Shown here piece by piece: positions 63,125-64,000 of a DNA stretch of 64,000 nucleotides; positions within the stretch are counted from its first letter, which is position 1; every line of letters begins with the position of its first letter. The stretch is taken from assembly GCF_963921235.1 (NCBI RefSeq), contig NC_086108.1, positions 110,424,001 to 110,488,000 of the forward strand, in the 5' to 3' direction. A program made the translations under genes and the position numbers. The notes under the pieces are model-generated. The model was not told the DNA's origin and did no database searches. It was given only the letters and a program-made list of their open reading frames with translations. The DNA is from Mobula hypostoma (taxonomy: Eukaryota).

Positions 63125-63776
63125 ATGGTGGAGGATTACAAATACCTGGGGATACGAATTGACAATAAACTGGACTGGTCAAAGAACACTGAGGCTGTCT
63201 ACAAGAAGTGTCAGAACTGTCTCTATTTCCTGAGGAGACTGAGGTCCTTTAACATCTGTCGGACGATGCTGAGGATGTTCTACGAGTCTGTGGTGGCCAG
63301 TGCTATCATGTTTGCTGTTGTGTGCTGGGGTGAGGGTAACAGACACCAACAGAATCAACAAACTCATTCGTAAGGCCAGTGATGTTGTGGGGATGGAACT
63401 GGACTCTCTCACGGTGGTGTCTGAAAAGAGGATGCTGTCTAAGTTGCATGCCATCTTGGTCAATGTCTCCCATCCACTACATAATGGACTGGGTGGGCAC
63501 AGGAGTACATTCAGCCAGAGACTCATTCCACTGAGAGCAAACACAGAGCGTCATAGGAAGTCATTCCTGCCTGTGGCCATCAAACTTTACAACTCCTCCC
63601 TTAGAGGGTCAGACACCCTGAGCCAATAGGCTGGTCCTGGACTTTTTTCCTGGCATAATTTACATATTACTATTTAACTATTCATGGTTTTATTACTATT
63701 TATCATTTATGATGCAACTGTAACGAAAACCAATTTCTGCCCGGGATCAATAAAGTATGACTATGACTATGACTAT
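63125..63776 (+). mobile_element. Rex1/Babar-type LINE 3' fragment inserted in the Gypsy RT
   Basis: YKYLGIRIDNKLDW...LYFLRRLRSF; SHPLH; SFLPVAIKLYN; (TATGAC)n tail; Gypsy RT resumes on both sides. Confidence 0.85.
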
Positions 63777-64000
63777 AAGTCAATGGTTGACAACCCAAAT
63801 TGGCATTTAGCGGGATTAACAATCAACATTTGTTGGCATAAGCGCTCGAAAAGTGTGCAAAGATGAGATACATGTTCAGATTTAGACACACTGGTGAAAA
63901 GTATGTCATCCAGGAAAACAAAAGGAAAATCTAAGTCCTTTAATACAGAGTCCATTAGCCATTGGAAAGTTTGTGCTGCATTTTTCCGCCCAAACAGCAT

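Larger units (their letters stand above)
61000..64000 (-). mobile_element. Decayed Ty3/Gypsy LTR retrotransposon: RT, RNase H, integrase, PPT and 3' LTR (61000-61208); runs off the window end
   Basis: FGRKNAAQTFQ...FLDDIL (RT), DTSDYSVGA...QYSAFVHELL...VDHKP (RNase H), HPG...FVW and VDLVGPLP (integrase), in Gypsy order; purine tract then TGTAAT. Confidence 0.9.

Overview
Vertebrate non-genic (intronic or intergenic) DNA, almost entirely layered transposable elements. The repeat mix (CR1 LINEs with short-unit microsatellite tails, Rex1/Babar LINEs, V-domain tRNA SINEs of HE1 type, Neptune-type Penelope elements) suggests a cartilaginous fish; this is an inference. I recognise no host protein-coding exon. 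The only long intact ORFs are two near-identical young CR1 ORF2s (APE endonuclease + RT) at 288-3287 and 29663-32566, both on the minus strand. Three signals stand out. (1) Minimal hammerhead ribozyme motifs occur in Penelope 3' ends and in dispersed solo copies, with two intact cores; one lies in a 137-bp mini-element with a 12-bp target-site duplication. (2) An in-frame U_UUA_AAC slippery heptamer sits at the CR1 ORF1/ORF2 junction in two different subfamilies, and ORF2 has no AUG upstream of its endonuclease, pointing to -1 ribosomal frameshifting. (3) A non-autonomous 620-675 bp retroposon is present in three copies, with a YY1-motif head and a stem-loop tail. Two minisatellites also arose inside LINE sequence. 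Boundaries of decayed repeats are by eye and approximate.
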